DNA from: Saccostrea cucullata
Taxonomy: Eukaryota
Assembly: GCF_032062105.1 (NCBI RefSeq)
Contig: NW_026929709.1
Span: 62,001 to 126,000, forward strand
Length of the DNA: 64,000 nt
Reading direction: 5' to 3'
Under the pieces are notes generated by a model, which was given only the letters and a program-made list of their open reading frames with translations, was not told where the DNA came from and ran no database searches. The stretch's first letter is position 1; each line of letters starts with the position of its first letter. Below are positions 13,080 through 24,273 of the stretch, one piece after another. The position numbers were made by a program, and so were the translations under genes.

Positions 13080-13667
13080 TCATTTTTTGTCGTATTTCAG
13101 TCTCCTGTTCACATTCACTATAGGCTCGGTTCGAATTTGCGCTGAATATCTCCTCTGAAGATTGTCAATTCTGGCCTCTCGCAGTCTATCTTCATAAGAC
13201 GACTTCTTGGCGCTCTTCGCTTTGGATGACAAAACTGAGATGTTTGATTTGTATTTCGACACAGAGTTGGACTTCGGTGACGGAATTTCGTCCTCATCAT
13301 CTTCCAGTGAGTATACACTAGAACCGTCATCCGAACTATTGCCATCCGAACGATAACTGTCTTTGTTCATATTTTCCTTCAATTTTTGGAGCCGCGCCTT
13401 CTCTGAAGCAAGAAAAGTAGGACCGGATAACAACGTAGTTGGTTTCTTTCTTCCTTTTCCACTTTCTTTCACATTTCTTATTTTAGCAATGTCTTTCAGA
13501 AGGTCTTTTTGTTCTTTAGACATCTTATCCACGGACATTTGTCTTTTGAATTCGATGTCGGACATCGACTGTTGCATCCTTTTCTCGACCCAGTTATTGA
13601 TGTGTTCTGCGAAATCATCAGCAAGAGATTTCCCTTGTGGTGGACAGATTAGCGTCAAGTCGGACAT
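13080..13667 (-). CDS. Intronless charged protein with a CCDC190-like coiled coil
   Basis: 195-aa ORF. FAEHINNWVEKRMQQSM..I..KRQ....M.KEQ.DL.KDI has the same spacing as the 8984-9835 protein. Ser/acidic tail. Confidence 0.6.
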   Translation of the reverse strand: MSDLTLICPPQGKSLADDFAEHINNWVEKRMQQSMSDIEFKRQMSVDKMSKEQKDLLKDIAKIRNVKESGKGRKKPTTLLSGPTFLASEKARLQKLKENMNKDSYRSDGNSSDDGSSVYSLEDDEDEIPSPKSNSVSKYKSNISVLSSKAKSAKKSSYEDRLREARIDNLQRRYSAQIRTEPIVNVNRRLKYDKK

Positions 13668-14857
13668 AATTTGGAGTAAATGCTTGGATTTAATTCAGTA
13701 TGAGTCGTTGGTCTGCTAGATTCAGAGTGATGACCAAGTTTTTGTTTCGGTCGTTTTTATAATAAGCACGCACCCTAGCTCTCCCGCTGAGAGGCTTAGG
13801 AGACATACAATATACCACTCAAGTACTTCAAGGGTTGTTAAAGAGTGCACAGGTAACCTCGAAACATATATCATGTTGCACCCCTTGGTGTGAATGAGCA
13901 ATCACAGGTATTCTTCAAACGCGACGGAGCAGCAAAAGGGAAAGTAACTACCAACGGAGAGAAAGTTCGATTTCCTGCGATAACGACGATTCGTTTTTTG
14001 TTTTGATTTTTTTTTAAAGTTTGTGTACAAAAGGTGAATTACTAACTGATGTTCAAGTTAAGACAAATTGATACAACAAGTTGCACTCGATTTAACTATT
14101 TAATAAAGACCGACACTTTGAGGTGATATGTTCGTATACAAGACAGTACCAAATACAAAGCACGCAGATACAGCAGAGATTTTTATCCACTGGCACCAAG
14201 TTTGAGGCATTGTAATATTAACTCTAGTATATTTGATTTGAATTGATAATGCAAATCGATAAATTATTCTAAAGTAGGAAAATCTGTACATTATTGATCA
14301 ATATCCCCAAACATGACAACACAGAAGACACTTGAATGTACAAACCAATACAGCTCTTTATCGTTGCCCGGAATACAATGATTTATATGTTGACAGAAAA
14401 CTATCTACACATGCTTTATATTCATCAGATCATATTGATATTAAGAACACTTTCTTTACCGCATATGAAGAAAGTAAATGACACTCAAGATATTAGATAA
14501 GGAAACTATTTGAATATGTGGCAAGATTCTTCCCAAGATATAGTTTGCCCAACCCTTTGGGAGACTCCTTTAAAGAATTGATTTATAAATTGAAGCTTCT
14601 TCAATTTTTTTTTCATATTTCAAATATCAAAGCAAATTTAGAACTTGGAATTTCACAATTAGACAATTAGAGATATTGTTTATTATCTTATCCTGTAGAT
14701 GAGAAGCAGTTATCGAATTCGCCTTGGAATCTACACGTATAAGAAATGTAATGGATTTAAAGAAAGAAAATAATTCAAGAAAACAATCAAAGGAAATAAA
14801 CTACAACGATGTATTGAATGCTAAGAGATCAACCCCATTGTCGTTTTCAATGAAACA

Positions 14858-14943
14858 TATGGAGATAACGAACAGTATTCAAGATCAAAGAATCCATAGA
14901 ACAATACAACAGGAGCAGAGCAAACACCGACCTCCAAAAACAT
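14858..14943 (-). repeat. Second fragment of the 7893-8045 repeat family
   Basis: Reverse-complement similarity to ~7965-8045. Confidence 0.45.
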
Positions 14944-15418
14944 CGAAAAATCTAATGTGGTTATGAACTACCATTATCTTTAAACACTGTACCTTACTTC
15001 CTTTTCAATTTTGTTTTTATATTATCATATTCCAGTTTTTATAATTCTTTTTAAATGAAACAAACATCTACGTATTATGTAATTGATTTGATGACTAGGT
15101 AAAAATGTCATTTTTTGTACTTCTAAAGACTTCAATATGTTTTATTCACATCAAAAATGACAAAATATGTACTAATGATGTGCGATACTTTTATGAAGAA
15201 TATGTTTCCTGATATTTTTTTTCCTTTTTGATGTTAGGTACAAAGTCATTCCCTATAGACAAAATACACTCTGAAAAATAAATCCATTTGAATCATTCAA
15301 ACATGAAAGAAGATATAAGATGCATGAATTATCTTATATACACTAAAATTGTTCACATTCTCAATCTGTTCTCTAAATTGTATCTGAAAAGTATATTTCG
15401 TAAGACTTTCCAACAAAG

Positions 15419-17189
15419 TTAATTTCCCACAACAGTCAGGTAGTCTCTAGGAGGAGAAGGTGTACGGTCTCCACTGACAGAATGAACTAGGGGCACAATG
15501 TAACTCTTTTCACATTGCTCTCGGTAGTCACTGCTTAAACCATCATCAATTGTTTGACACTCTGTTGATTCGTATTTTGCCGCATATAAAGGTGGATTTA
15601 CAATTTCTGAGTCTTCTTTGGTAAATATTTCAATACAGAATGCCTGTTTATCTGACAAATACTTGATGGAAGATCTGGCCAATCCATTGTATAGCATTCT
15701 TTCGTTATGAAGTCCTCGCATTTGCACAAATACTTCTTTCTCTTCCAAAATATCCAGGTAATGTGCTTCCTCTTTGGTTTTTGTTTTTGTCGAGTTGCCA
15801 CTGGAGTGTCTTCTACAGTGACAAAATATCTTAAGAAGTCTAAAGAAAATATACGCCAGAGTGATGAATACAAATGTCGAACATAGTGCAAAAATTCCTA
15901 TTAACAAGTCCCCGTTAGAGTTGGTCTCCTGTGATAGATTTTCTCCTCCTGATAGACTGGTAACATACAGCATAGAATTATCTTCAGTAGCAGATCTTGA
16001 TCTCTGTTCAAAACTTGTAGTCATTGTTAACATTATGGCATGTAATGACGTTGCTTCTTTCGTGAATGTTGTGAACGGTGATGCGGCTGTAAATTAATTC
16101 AGTGACTATTTTATAAACATTGTATTAGTGTACCAATTATTTAGCTTAGATTTGTTCGAAGTTTTAAAATTATATTGAAAAAATGTAAATGAAACATTTT
16201 AAAAGTTAAACATAATTATTCGTTTATCGTATAGTTTTTTATGTATAAAATAATTATTGAAAACCCTAGTATATAGACCGATGGAATTTCTTTATATTTA
16301 AAATTCGGCGAGGAGGGAATTATACTTTAGAATTCGAACTTTTTACATATCAATGAAATGAATTTCCTTTAAAATAAATAATAACGAGGAAAACCTTAAA
16401 TATTAGTGATTGCCAATTAAAATATCGACGATGGCTTTCATAATTGAACCTAAACACGATTTCAGAAACCTTGATAATTTATAAACTTGGTTAATCTGCG
16501 AAAAAAAAAATATTTTACATAATGTGGAGCATATACTTTGTAGAAGGAAGCAGCCAACAGAGAAGTTGCACATCTCCTTCACACATCTGCATGTTTTCTG
16601 ACATCTAAAGCCATAGGTAGGATAAATACAGGGCTGTGTGCAGTTCTCCCCGACATAACCCTCAGGACACTCTGTAGGATAAACTCATAGGCTCAAAAAG
16701 TACAAATAATGTAAAGGTTATGCATTTTTGTCAAGTTTTTATGTACATGAATAACTGACCAATTTCACAAAGCAAGTTTACGATCTTCATCTAAAATTGT
16801 TCAAAAAATATAGAAATTTACTTTAACATGTTTAAGACAGAATTTATGAATAATTTTAAAACTTTCCAACGGGATAGATCTTTAGGTAAGAATTTCATAC
16901 CTTATTATTAATAATAATGAATTATACAATACTTATACACTGCTGCGTGATTTCATGTTTTCTGTAACCCGCGCAACAAACCAGACCATCTTTTCTAAAC
17001 GAAGAATCAGTATAAATATATATTTTTAACATACTATATTCAGTAAACTTCAATGAAAATAATTTCTAGGAAATAAATTAACATTATCAACATTGAACAA
17101 AATGCCAAATTTCCTTACCCGGTGCACAGGGAAGATGAGACAGAACCCCGCAGTACAGCAAAGAACCCAAAAAATAAAAACCCGTTCAT
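15419..17189 (-). CDS. Single-pass receptor with a MEGF10/SCARF-like Cys-rich EGF-type ectodomain; exons 17189-17119, 16994-16933, 16671-16537, 16086-15419 (311 aa)
   Basis: All introns GT-AG, phases 2/1/1 consistent. Signal peptide MNGFLFFGFFAVLRGSVSS. Ectodomain CCAGY...C..CPEGYVGENCTQPCIYPTYGFRCQKTCRC...C....GC. TM LLIGIFALCSTFVFITLAYIFF. Tyr-rich tail. Confidence 0.85.
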
Positions 17190-19193
17190 TTTTAGTAGAA
17201 GCGTATGATTTTATTCATTTTCGTAATGAGGAAATAATAATGTTATGAAAATTTTAATACAAGGACGGAAAATTCCAATAGTTACTATTTCAATGGTATA
17301 TCTTTTTTTTTCATAAATTTTGATAATTGTACCAGAACTTATGTTTCCGTTATTCAAATAGAACATGTATGAAGCAATGATAATAATGAGAACTATAATA
17401 ACGGTACTTATATCTTTACAGAAATAAATTTGAAGGTTAATATGAGGATGAATTTTCTATACTGTATAAATATAAGAGGACTTCAGTGACCCGTGCTTTA
17501 AACATCGGTCCAATGTCCAGGACTAAAATGAAGTTTTACAAGCCCTATATTGCACATCCGCAGGACATTACAGTGATAACATTCAAAATTATATGCATAC
17601 GGCTAAGTACGCAATATTACATTAAGTTGTACTGTGAAGAATCCTAGGAACTAGAAAAATCCTCCGTTTTAGATCCATTGGATCTGAATTGCTCCCAGGA
17701 TAAACAAGAAAATTCATAACCATATCTCACTGCACATCTCCGGAACACCACCAAATATATTCCAAAAGATAACTTACATATCGTTACTGTGAACAATATT
17801 TGAGGAGTGTTTAATAGAAAAGATGCTTTTTGACCCCCAGGATGAGAAATCAATAAAAAATGTTGACACTTTATTAAACATCTGAAGCTGGACTCTACGT
17901 ACATTCCATATGAGGATTTGTATTGTAAGTGAATGGTATAAAAGGGGTCTTTTTGAGAGAGGATAGATAGATAGACGGATCAGGTTATTAACATCAAAAC
18001 TTTTCTTAAAGGTCCATGGAAACATTTTAAACTGCTTTTTTTAAAAACCAATTTTAATTTTTACAATTCCTAACTAAGGCAATTCAAAGGATCAGCAAAA
18101 CTTTGAACATCATTTGTTGATTTACATGTAGGACTCAGATTTGGACTGAGGTTGATCAGTGGGGGGTGAGGGGGGGTGGGGCTGTGGGTGCTGGAAAAGC
18201 CGGCACTCCTTTCAGCAGAGGTTGATGCTTGAAGGGCTGCATGGAGATACAGGACTGAGAATTCTTCATAATGTAAACAAGGATCGTGCCTTGTTTTTGT
18301 TTAAATGTAGAAAATATCATATTTATAACAAAAGGAGATTCAGCAAATCATTAGAAAATGTCTAATTGTATCGTATGTAGAATTAACTTCTTTATTGAAA
18401 GAATCTGTTTTGACTAACACATATCAGCATGTTTAACCTATTTAAACGAAAGCATGGCTCGGGGCTTGTTTACATGACAAAGGTTTGGATTTCTATATCT
18501 GTCTTGTAACTCAACAACTCAAAAGCACTTGATGAGTAAAATGCCTGTTAAGTTTTAAAGTGCCAGTAAGTCAATGAATCATTTTTGGAACTTTCACGGA
18601 CTCAAGACGTGTTGAAAATACATTTATATCCACACTCCCGCCTTTTACCAAAACACAAACATGCACTTCAATGTACAGTTATACAAATTAAGAGACAACA
18701 ATTCAGAAGATCAGATAAATGTCAAAGTATTCCATTGCCATCAGTTACCAATTATCACTGGAACTTCTTACTTTTTCAGGATCAGAAAGGAGATAGTGTT
18801 GCAACCCTTAGATCCTCCACAGCTTTGATCAAAGTTACGCAACTCAGAAAAGTGTACCTGATAAAGCTGGAATAATAAAAAAGAGATATTCAGACTTATG
18901 TCAAAAAATGGTGGGTAAATTTTGCATGAAAACAACTTTAAGTTCAATGACTGTTTCCATCTAACTCTATGAACGATTAATATATAAACGTCCAAAGTTA
19001 AAACACAAAAAGATTTTGGCAGCTAGCTAAAATTCTACTTTCGGTTTAAAATGTACACTATTTTTTCTTATAAAAATTTTGTTTCAATATTTTGGTGTCC
19101 ATTGAACATCTTTTCTACATTCCAACCGTTGCACATCTGAGTTTTTGAACCTTACTTCGAAAGGATTTGCTTTGGCTGACATCCATGTTTAGT

Positions 19194-19585
19194 AGTAGTA
19201 TAGAGTGAGACTTTTTATGCTACTTTGAGGTGCAAACTGATTTGAGGTGGAGAGGTGGACTTTAAAGGCGGAAGTATAAAGTAAATCCGGATGCTAATAA
19301 TGACTATATGTATTTATAGGGAAGCAAACCCGGATGATTTTTACTTATGATTAGCTAATACACATACGTTTAGTCCTATGAATATATTTAATGTTAAGAC
19401 GAGTTGAAACTATGTCAATAGTGTATTAAGATCCTACACTGTGTCCATTATTGAAATAAGACGTGTATTTACTGTTTTGATTCACCAAAGTAGTTTTGAT
19501 AAGAACGGTGAATGTCCAGTACATACAAATTAGACGAAAATTTTTTAACATGTAGCCTTAGTCAAAACACACGTTTTATAACCAA
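19194..19585 (+). repeat. Polinton left TIR (~390 bp)
   Basis: Reverse complement of ~34908-35386. Outer ~160 bp nearly identical, inner part more diverged. Confidence 0.9.
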
Positions 19586-19613
19586 ACCTTGAAAGATGAT
19601 AAACTAGGTGAAA

Positions 19614-20216
19614 ATGAAACCTAATTTTTCAAGAACTAGTCATTTAATCAATTTAAAAGAAGAAATAAAAAGAGACACGGAGAAATGGGAGCAATATAGC
19701 GAACACCTTGTCTATAGCTTTGGTGACATTTGCACGACTCCTGTTAAAGCAATCATACACCAAGTGAATTGTTTAGCTATTCGTTCTCACGGACTTTCTA
19801 AGTACATAGCTCATAAATTTCCATGGGCAGATATTTACAAAACGCGACGAGGAGTAGGAGGGCACAACCTTGCTATTCCCGAGGACAGAGGGACCCCTGG
19901 AACTGTTAAGATTCTGCGTTCACCCAACGGTCATTCACCAGATGTAGTGTGTTTTCTGAGTCAGTGGGACATGGGCCGTACAGCACAATACCGCAAAATA
20001 CCACCTTATGAAGACCTACCACTTGAACGTGAATTCTGGTTTAAGCAATGTCTGAATGAACTATCGAAAGAAGACTACGAGAGCATAGCTTTCCCATATA
20101 AAATTGGATGTGGCCTAGCTGGGGGAAAATGGCTCAAATATCATCTCATGATAAAAGAATTTGCTTCGAAATATGAGGGTCAAGTATACGTTGTGAGAAA
20201 CGAGATCATTCGTTAA
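19614..20216 (+). CDS. Macrodomain protein (TARG1/DarG/Poa1-like)
   Basis: GDI...IIHQVNC....GLSKYIAHKFP and IAFPYKIGCGLAGGKW macrodomain motifs. Confidence 0.85.
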   Translation: MKPNFSRTSHLINLKEEIKRDTEKWEQYSEHLVYSFGDICTTPVKAIIHQVNCLAIRSHGLSKYIAHKFPWADIYKTRRGVGGHNLAIPEDRGTPGTVKILRSPNGHSPDVVCFLSQWDMGRTAQYRKIPPYEDLPLEREFWFKQCLNELSKEDYESIAFPYKIGCGLAGGKWLKYHLMIKEFASKYEGQVYVVRNEIIR

Positions 20217-20571
20217 AGATTTTATATTTATATCTTTCCTATAAAGCTCTTTAGGAAAAGTAACGGAACCTGGACTCTCTTTACAAAACATTACGTTTAC
20301 GCAATAATGCAAGTGATCTTGTAATGTAAGGAAAGGAAACTGGCTTTATCTTTGCTTGGTATTAGCGTCTTTTCTGAGGTGCACATATCTAAGGTGATTT
20401 TGCTCTTAACGTGTCCACAGATGTTATCCGGATGTTAAACGTGGATGAAAATGAGGTAATGAAGGAAACAAACCCGGATTTTTGAGAACGGATATGACGT
20501 TGTAAAGTTACTTATTTCCGTAAACGTCTTCAGTATTTTGACATTTAATCGCTAGCATTCAAGGTGACAAC

Positions 20572-21075
20572 ATGTTTTCTTCTTGCTGTAAATTAGCTTT
20601 AGAGAATGATCGCTTCATTGAGGTATACACTACGAAAAACAACGAAAAAAGAGTAGACCTTCGCGAATGGAAAACGGATCGCTATGCCACAAAGAAAGGG
20701 ATTAGTTTAAGGTTGGACCTTTTTAAAACATTCACACTGGCTCTCGACATGATTGATACAGCTTTAAACAATAACGAAGATCTACACTACCACATGGGCT
20801 CCAACATTTTCTGTTCAGTTCATAAAGACAATCCGTGTGTGAACATACGGCAGTATTGGAAACCTCCAAATACTGATATACTCGTGCCAACAAAAAAGGG
20901 GATATGTCTTAGACCTGTGGAGTACAGAACACTGAAAAAGTGTGTAGCTGAAATAGAAAAAGTCGTTCCGGAACTTGAATCGCTCGTACCTTGCTTTTTG
21001 CGCGAGGATCATATAAACCAATTAGGCATGCTCAGATGTCCTACTTGTAACCCGCTGGAGTATGTGAACTGGTGA
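20572..21075 (+). CDS. Tandem PC4/Sub1-like ssDNA-binding domains plus a C-terminal Cys/His motif
   Basis: Two repeats, VDLREW...TKKGISL and VNIRQYW...PTKKGICL, match the PC4 signature IDIREY...P.KKGISL. Confidence 0.85.
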   Translation: MFSSCCKLALENDRFIEVYTTKNNEKRVDLREWKTDRYATKKGISLRLDLFKTFTLALDMIDTALNNNEDLHYHMGSNIFCSVHKDNPCVNIRQYWKPPNTDILVPTKKGICLRPVEYRTLKKCVAEIEKVVPELESLVPCFLREDHINQLGMLRCPTCNPLEYVNW

Positions 21076-21354
21076 GAAGAGACGAGACAAGCAAGAAGAC
21101 AGCTTTTAAAGACTTTCATAACTTAATATTCATCATTATTGCTTATGTATCATTTGTAAAAAGATGATCAAGATTCTGAAGGGAACATTCACAAATGACG
21201 TTTAAACAATGTAGATATATTGCTTGTGAGTAAAATATGTAAAGAAGTATAATTATGCATACAGATGTAATAAACATGTTTATTCAAACGTTTATGAATC
21301 TTCATTGTTATTTAATCATATGACTCAACTAGGATATATATATCTCAAAAAGTC

Positions 21355-21894
21355 ATGGCTAATTTATTTGCAGGAATAATGAGGTTGACAAACGTCGTGT
21401 ACCAAGGAGACATGAATTGTTTTATCAATCTTCAACAACTAACATACCGTTTAGTTAACGTGCGGTATGATCCTCTCAAATTTCCAGGGGTTATTTTTCA
21501 ACATAGAAAAATAGGAGGGAACTGTTTAATATTTTCCAATGGAAAGATAAATTGCAACGGAGCATGCGATAGTTTTAATACTGGACTAAAACGACTGAGA
21601 AGGTATGCTCGCTACATTCAACGAATTGGATATGACGTCGTACTTACTAACGTACATATTGTCACCGCCTCCGCGTTTCACAAACTATCTAATCGTTTAG
21701 ATGTAAATTCAATTTCTCCAGCCTTAAAATTTTCTTATGATCCTGAATTATTTCCTGCTGTAATGTTGCGACGAAATGATATTCATTTTACATGTCACTT
21801 AAGTGGGAGCGTGTTAATTACTGGCATAAAACGAGTCAAGGATCTAGATGAGATTGTGTACCCAACTATAGTAGAAATAGAAACCTCATTATAA
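21355..21894 (+). CDS. TATA-binding-protein-like protein (core domain only, 179 aa)
   Basis: Two TBP repeats: NVV...YDPLKFPGVI...LIFSNGKINCNGA and YDPELFPAVML...SGSVLITG. Confidence 0.9.
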   Translation: MANLFAGIMRLTNVVYQGDMNCFINLQQLTYRLVNVRYDPLKFPGVIFQHRKIGGNCLIFSNGKINCNGACDSFNTGLKRLRRYARYIQRIGYDVVLTNVHIVTASAFHKLSNRLDVNSISPALKFSYDPELFPAVMLRRNDIHFTCHLSGSVLITGIKRVKDLDEIVYPTIVEIETSL

Positions 21895-21945
21895 GAAGAA
21901 GAAAAGTTTTATTTAGTTCTAATTATTTATACCATAATCATAACG

Positions 21946-23058
21946 ATGACGTACGAAGACTATTTAAAATCCATCTATTACGATGCAAAGCACCCCGGGT
22001 CTCTTAGTGGATTGGAGAAGCTATATCGAGCTGCTCGAAAGGAAGGAAAATATGTACTCAGTCGATCTAAAATCAAAAAATGGTTACAAAAGCAAGAAAC
22101 CTTTACTCTACATAAGCAAATCAATAGAAAATTCAAACGCGCGAAAGTTATTGTACCGGGAATTGGATACCAGAGGGACGCAGACACAGCCTTCATGACT
22201 TCTTATCGAAAGGAAAACGACGGATATGCATATTTTCTAGTACTTATAGACGTTTTTTCAAAATTTGTTTGGACTGTTCCCTTAAAATCTACGAAGGGTT
22301 CTGAGATGACTAAAGCATTAAAATTTGTGTTTTTACACTCTACACCTCCTGCAAAACTTCGTAGTGACAAAGGAGTTGAATATGTCAGTAAAGAGGTTCA
22401 ACAATTACTGAAACAGAAAGGTATTACTCACTTTTTTACTCAAAACGAAATGAAAGCAAACTATGCCGAAAGAGTTATAAAAACTTTAAAATCTCGATTG
22501 AGTCGATACATGACAAAACACCAGACTCATCGATGGGTGAACATCTTACCTAAAGTCACCGAAAGTTATAATTCTACTTATCATCGTTACATCAAAATGG
22601 CTCCAAACCAAGTGAAAAAGAGCGATGAACCCTACATTTGGATGAAGAATTACGATTATGCTTGCAGTGACAGTTCAAATTCAACGCAGTCAAAACACGT
22701 AAAGAACGTACAATATAAGTTTAAAATTGGTGACATGGTTCGCATTTCTCGGTTGCGAGGAGCGTTTGATCGAGAATACGATGAACGATGGAGTGGAGAG
22801 CATTTTGTCGTGAAATCTCGCTCTATCAAACAAGGTATACCGATTTACGAAATACAGGATATCGATGGAGAAGACATAAAAGGTAGTTTTTACCAACAAG
22901 AATTGCAAAAAGTAACAATCACAGATGACACATTGTATAGAATCGAAAAGATAATAAAATACAAGGGGAACCAAGCTTTGGTTAAATGGTATGGTTGGCC
23001 CAAGAAATTCAATAGTTACATCCCTCGATCGTCGCTGAAATATTATAAGAATTCTTAG
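21946..23058 (+). CDS. Retroviral-like DDE integrase with a C-terminal chromodomain
   Basis: DADT, SDKGVEY and AERVIKTLK form the catalytic triad. YRIEKI...LVKWYGWP..FNSYI is a chromodomain. Confidence 0.95.
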   Translation: MTYEDYLKSIYYDAKHPGSLSGLEKLYRAARKEGKYVLSRSKIKKWLQKQETFTLHKQINRKFKRAKVIVPGIGYQRDADTAFMTSYRKENDGYAYFLVLIDVFSKFVWTVPLKSTKGSEMTKALKFVFLHSTPPAKLRSDKGVEYVSKEVQQLLKQKGITHFFTQNEMKANYAERVIKTLKSRLSRYMTKHQTHRWVNILPKVTESYNSTYHRYIKMAPNQVKKSDEPYIWMKNYDYACSDSSNSTQSKHVKNVQYKFKIGDMVRISRLRGAFDREYDERWSGEHFVVKSRSIKQGIPIYEIQDIDGEDIKGSFYQQELQKVTITDDTLYRIEKIIKYKGNQALVKWYGWPKKFNSYIPRSSLKYYKNS

Positions 23059-23086
23059 ATTATACTATAATTAAAACTGTTCAAAA

Positions 23087-23431
23087 ATGGAGCAATCTCG
23101 CGTGATGCAAAACGCCGATTTTTTAAGAGAACTCGGGCATGCGAATTACATTCGACAACGTGTCATAATACAGAGAGCTAATCAACGACAGATTTCCGCT
23201 CTCAGTGATGTTGTACGACATCTGCTTGATAGAACAATACCCATACTATCACACGACCGCAGCTTTTTCCGTCAACACAACTTAGTCATGAGGACTCTGT
23301 CAAGTTCTAGAGTTTCGGTGTCCCGTAAGAAAAGAACATTACTGACGCATCATACCCTGATTCCCAGTCTTCTAAGAGACTACTACTTAGCTAGAATACT
23401 TATTTTATCCATCAGGAACAGCGAGTCCTAA
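23087..23431 (+). CDS. Small basic helical Polinton protein, paralog of 26605-26928
   Basis: The pattern FL..L......R..I....QI..L......L...I.......F..H......L......S.KK..L aligns with the 26605-26928 protein. Confidence 0.7.
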   Translation: MEQSRVMQNADFLRELGHANYIRQRVIIQRANQRQISALSDVVRHLLDRTIPILSHDRSFFRQHNLVMRTLSSSRVSVSRKKRTLLTHHTLIPSLLRDYYLARILILSIRNSES

Positions 23432-23480
23432 GGTTATAAGAAGTTGGTTAACCTAAAGGAGAAAACACGAAAAAGAAGCA

Positions 23481-23906
23481 ATGGCCGTATATCTTTTCAT
23501 AGACAGCAGAGACTCTACCGTTTTCCATCCTTCCAACACTTCTGATGACTTTCTTGTGACGCTGCCCAAAGCTTACTTGATAGATGACTCGTGGGAATGT
23601 GCCATTTTAGAATTAAACATTGATATACACGATGATGTTAGTACAGCTAAATTGTATGTATGTTGTGACATCATAGGCGATAGTTACGTCAAAAATACGA
23701 TGTTACCAATTTTGAGAGCCATCACGTTAAAAAGAGGAATTAATCAGATAACCTACACAAATCCCTTTTACATGACAGTTTCTAAACAGGAAATCAGTCA
23801 AATAAGAATATTTATAAGAAACAAAGACTTGAGTGTTCTTCATTCTCAAGTTAATTTTTTCAATTGTACTCTGTGTTTGCGTAAAAAGAAATTATGGGAT
23901 CAGTAG
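23481..23906 (+). CDS. Minor capsid protein (penton), compact single jelly-roll
   Basis: S..S...HPSN...DF...LP......WE.A..E, LYV.CDII..S.V.....PILR and PFY..V....I..I.I.I motifs. Confidence 0.85.
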   Translation: MAVYLFIDSRDSTVFHPSNTSDDFLVTLPKAYLIDDSWECAILELNIDIHDDVSTAKLYVCCDIIGDSYVKNTMLPILRAITLKRGINQITYTNPFYMTVSKQEISQIRIFIRNKDLSVLHSQVNFFNCTLCLRKKKLWDQ

Positions 23907-24271
23907 AAGTATACGACTACAAGAAAATGCAATGGGTACCATACATTCCGAACTTCGATAAATGGGTTCGCCATTTTGAAGATATTTCTGCTGGAAGAGT
24001 TCGACCGGACTACAAGGGGCGTTACATTGTAGGAAGTGGTTCTCATAACCGAACAGTACCTCCCAGTCAAGAACATAAACCCACCGTAAAGCTTGTGACA
24101 CCAGTAGCACAGGCCATCGAAATGGCCAGATCAGAATTAGAGCGCGAACAAGACAACTCTCCGAATGAGGATAAATCTATAAGAAGGAAACGATTCTTAG
24201 CCCCGCCTGGCAAACGCGACAATAAACCTAGGACCAAGAAACCTAAATTCGATACACAATTCGACGATTAG
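23894..24271 (+). CDS. Uncharacterised Polinton protein, possible virion core protein
   Basis: 125-aa ORF packed between penton and MCP. Basic C-terminus; VGSG resembles an adenain cleavage site. Confidence 0.7.
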   Translation: MGSVEVYDYKKMQWVPYIPNFDKWVRHFEDISAGRVRPDYKGRYIVGSGSHNRTVPPSQEHKPTVKLVTPVAQAIEMARSELEREQDNSPNEDKSIRRKRFLAPPGKRDNKPRTKKPKFDTQFDD

Positions 24272-24273
24272 TC

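Noticed and set aside
17640-19187. Several short ORFs left of the Polinton
   Set aside because: No recognisable motifs or consistent exon chain. Possibly a decayed element, but unsupported.
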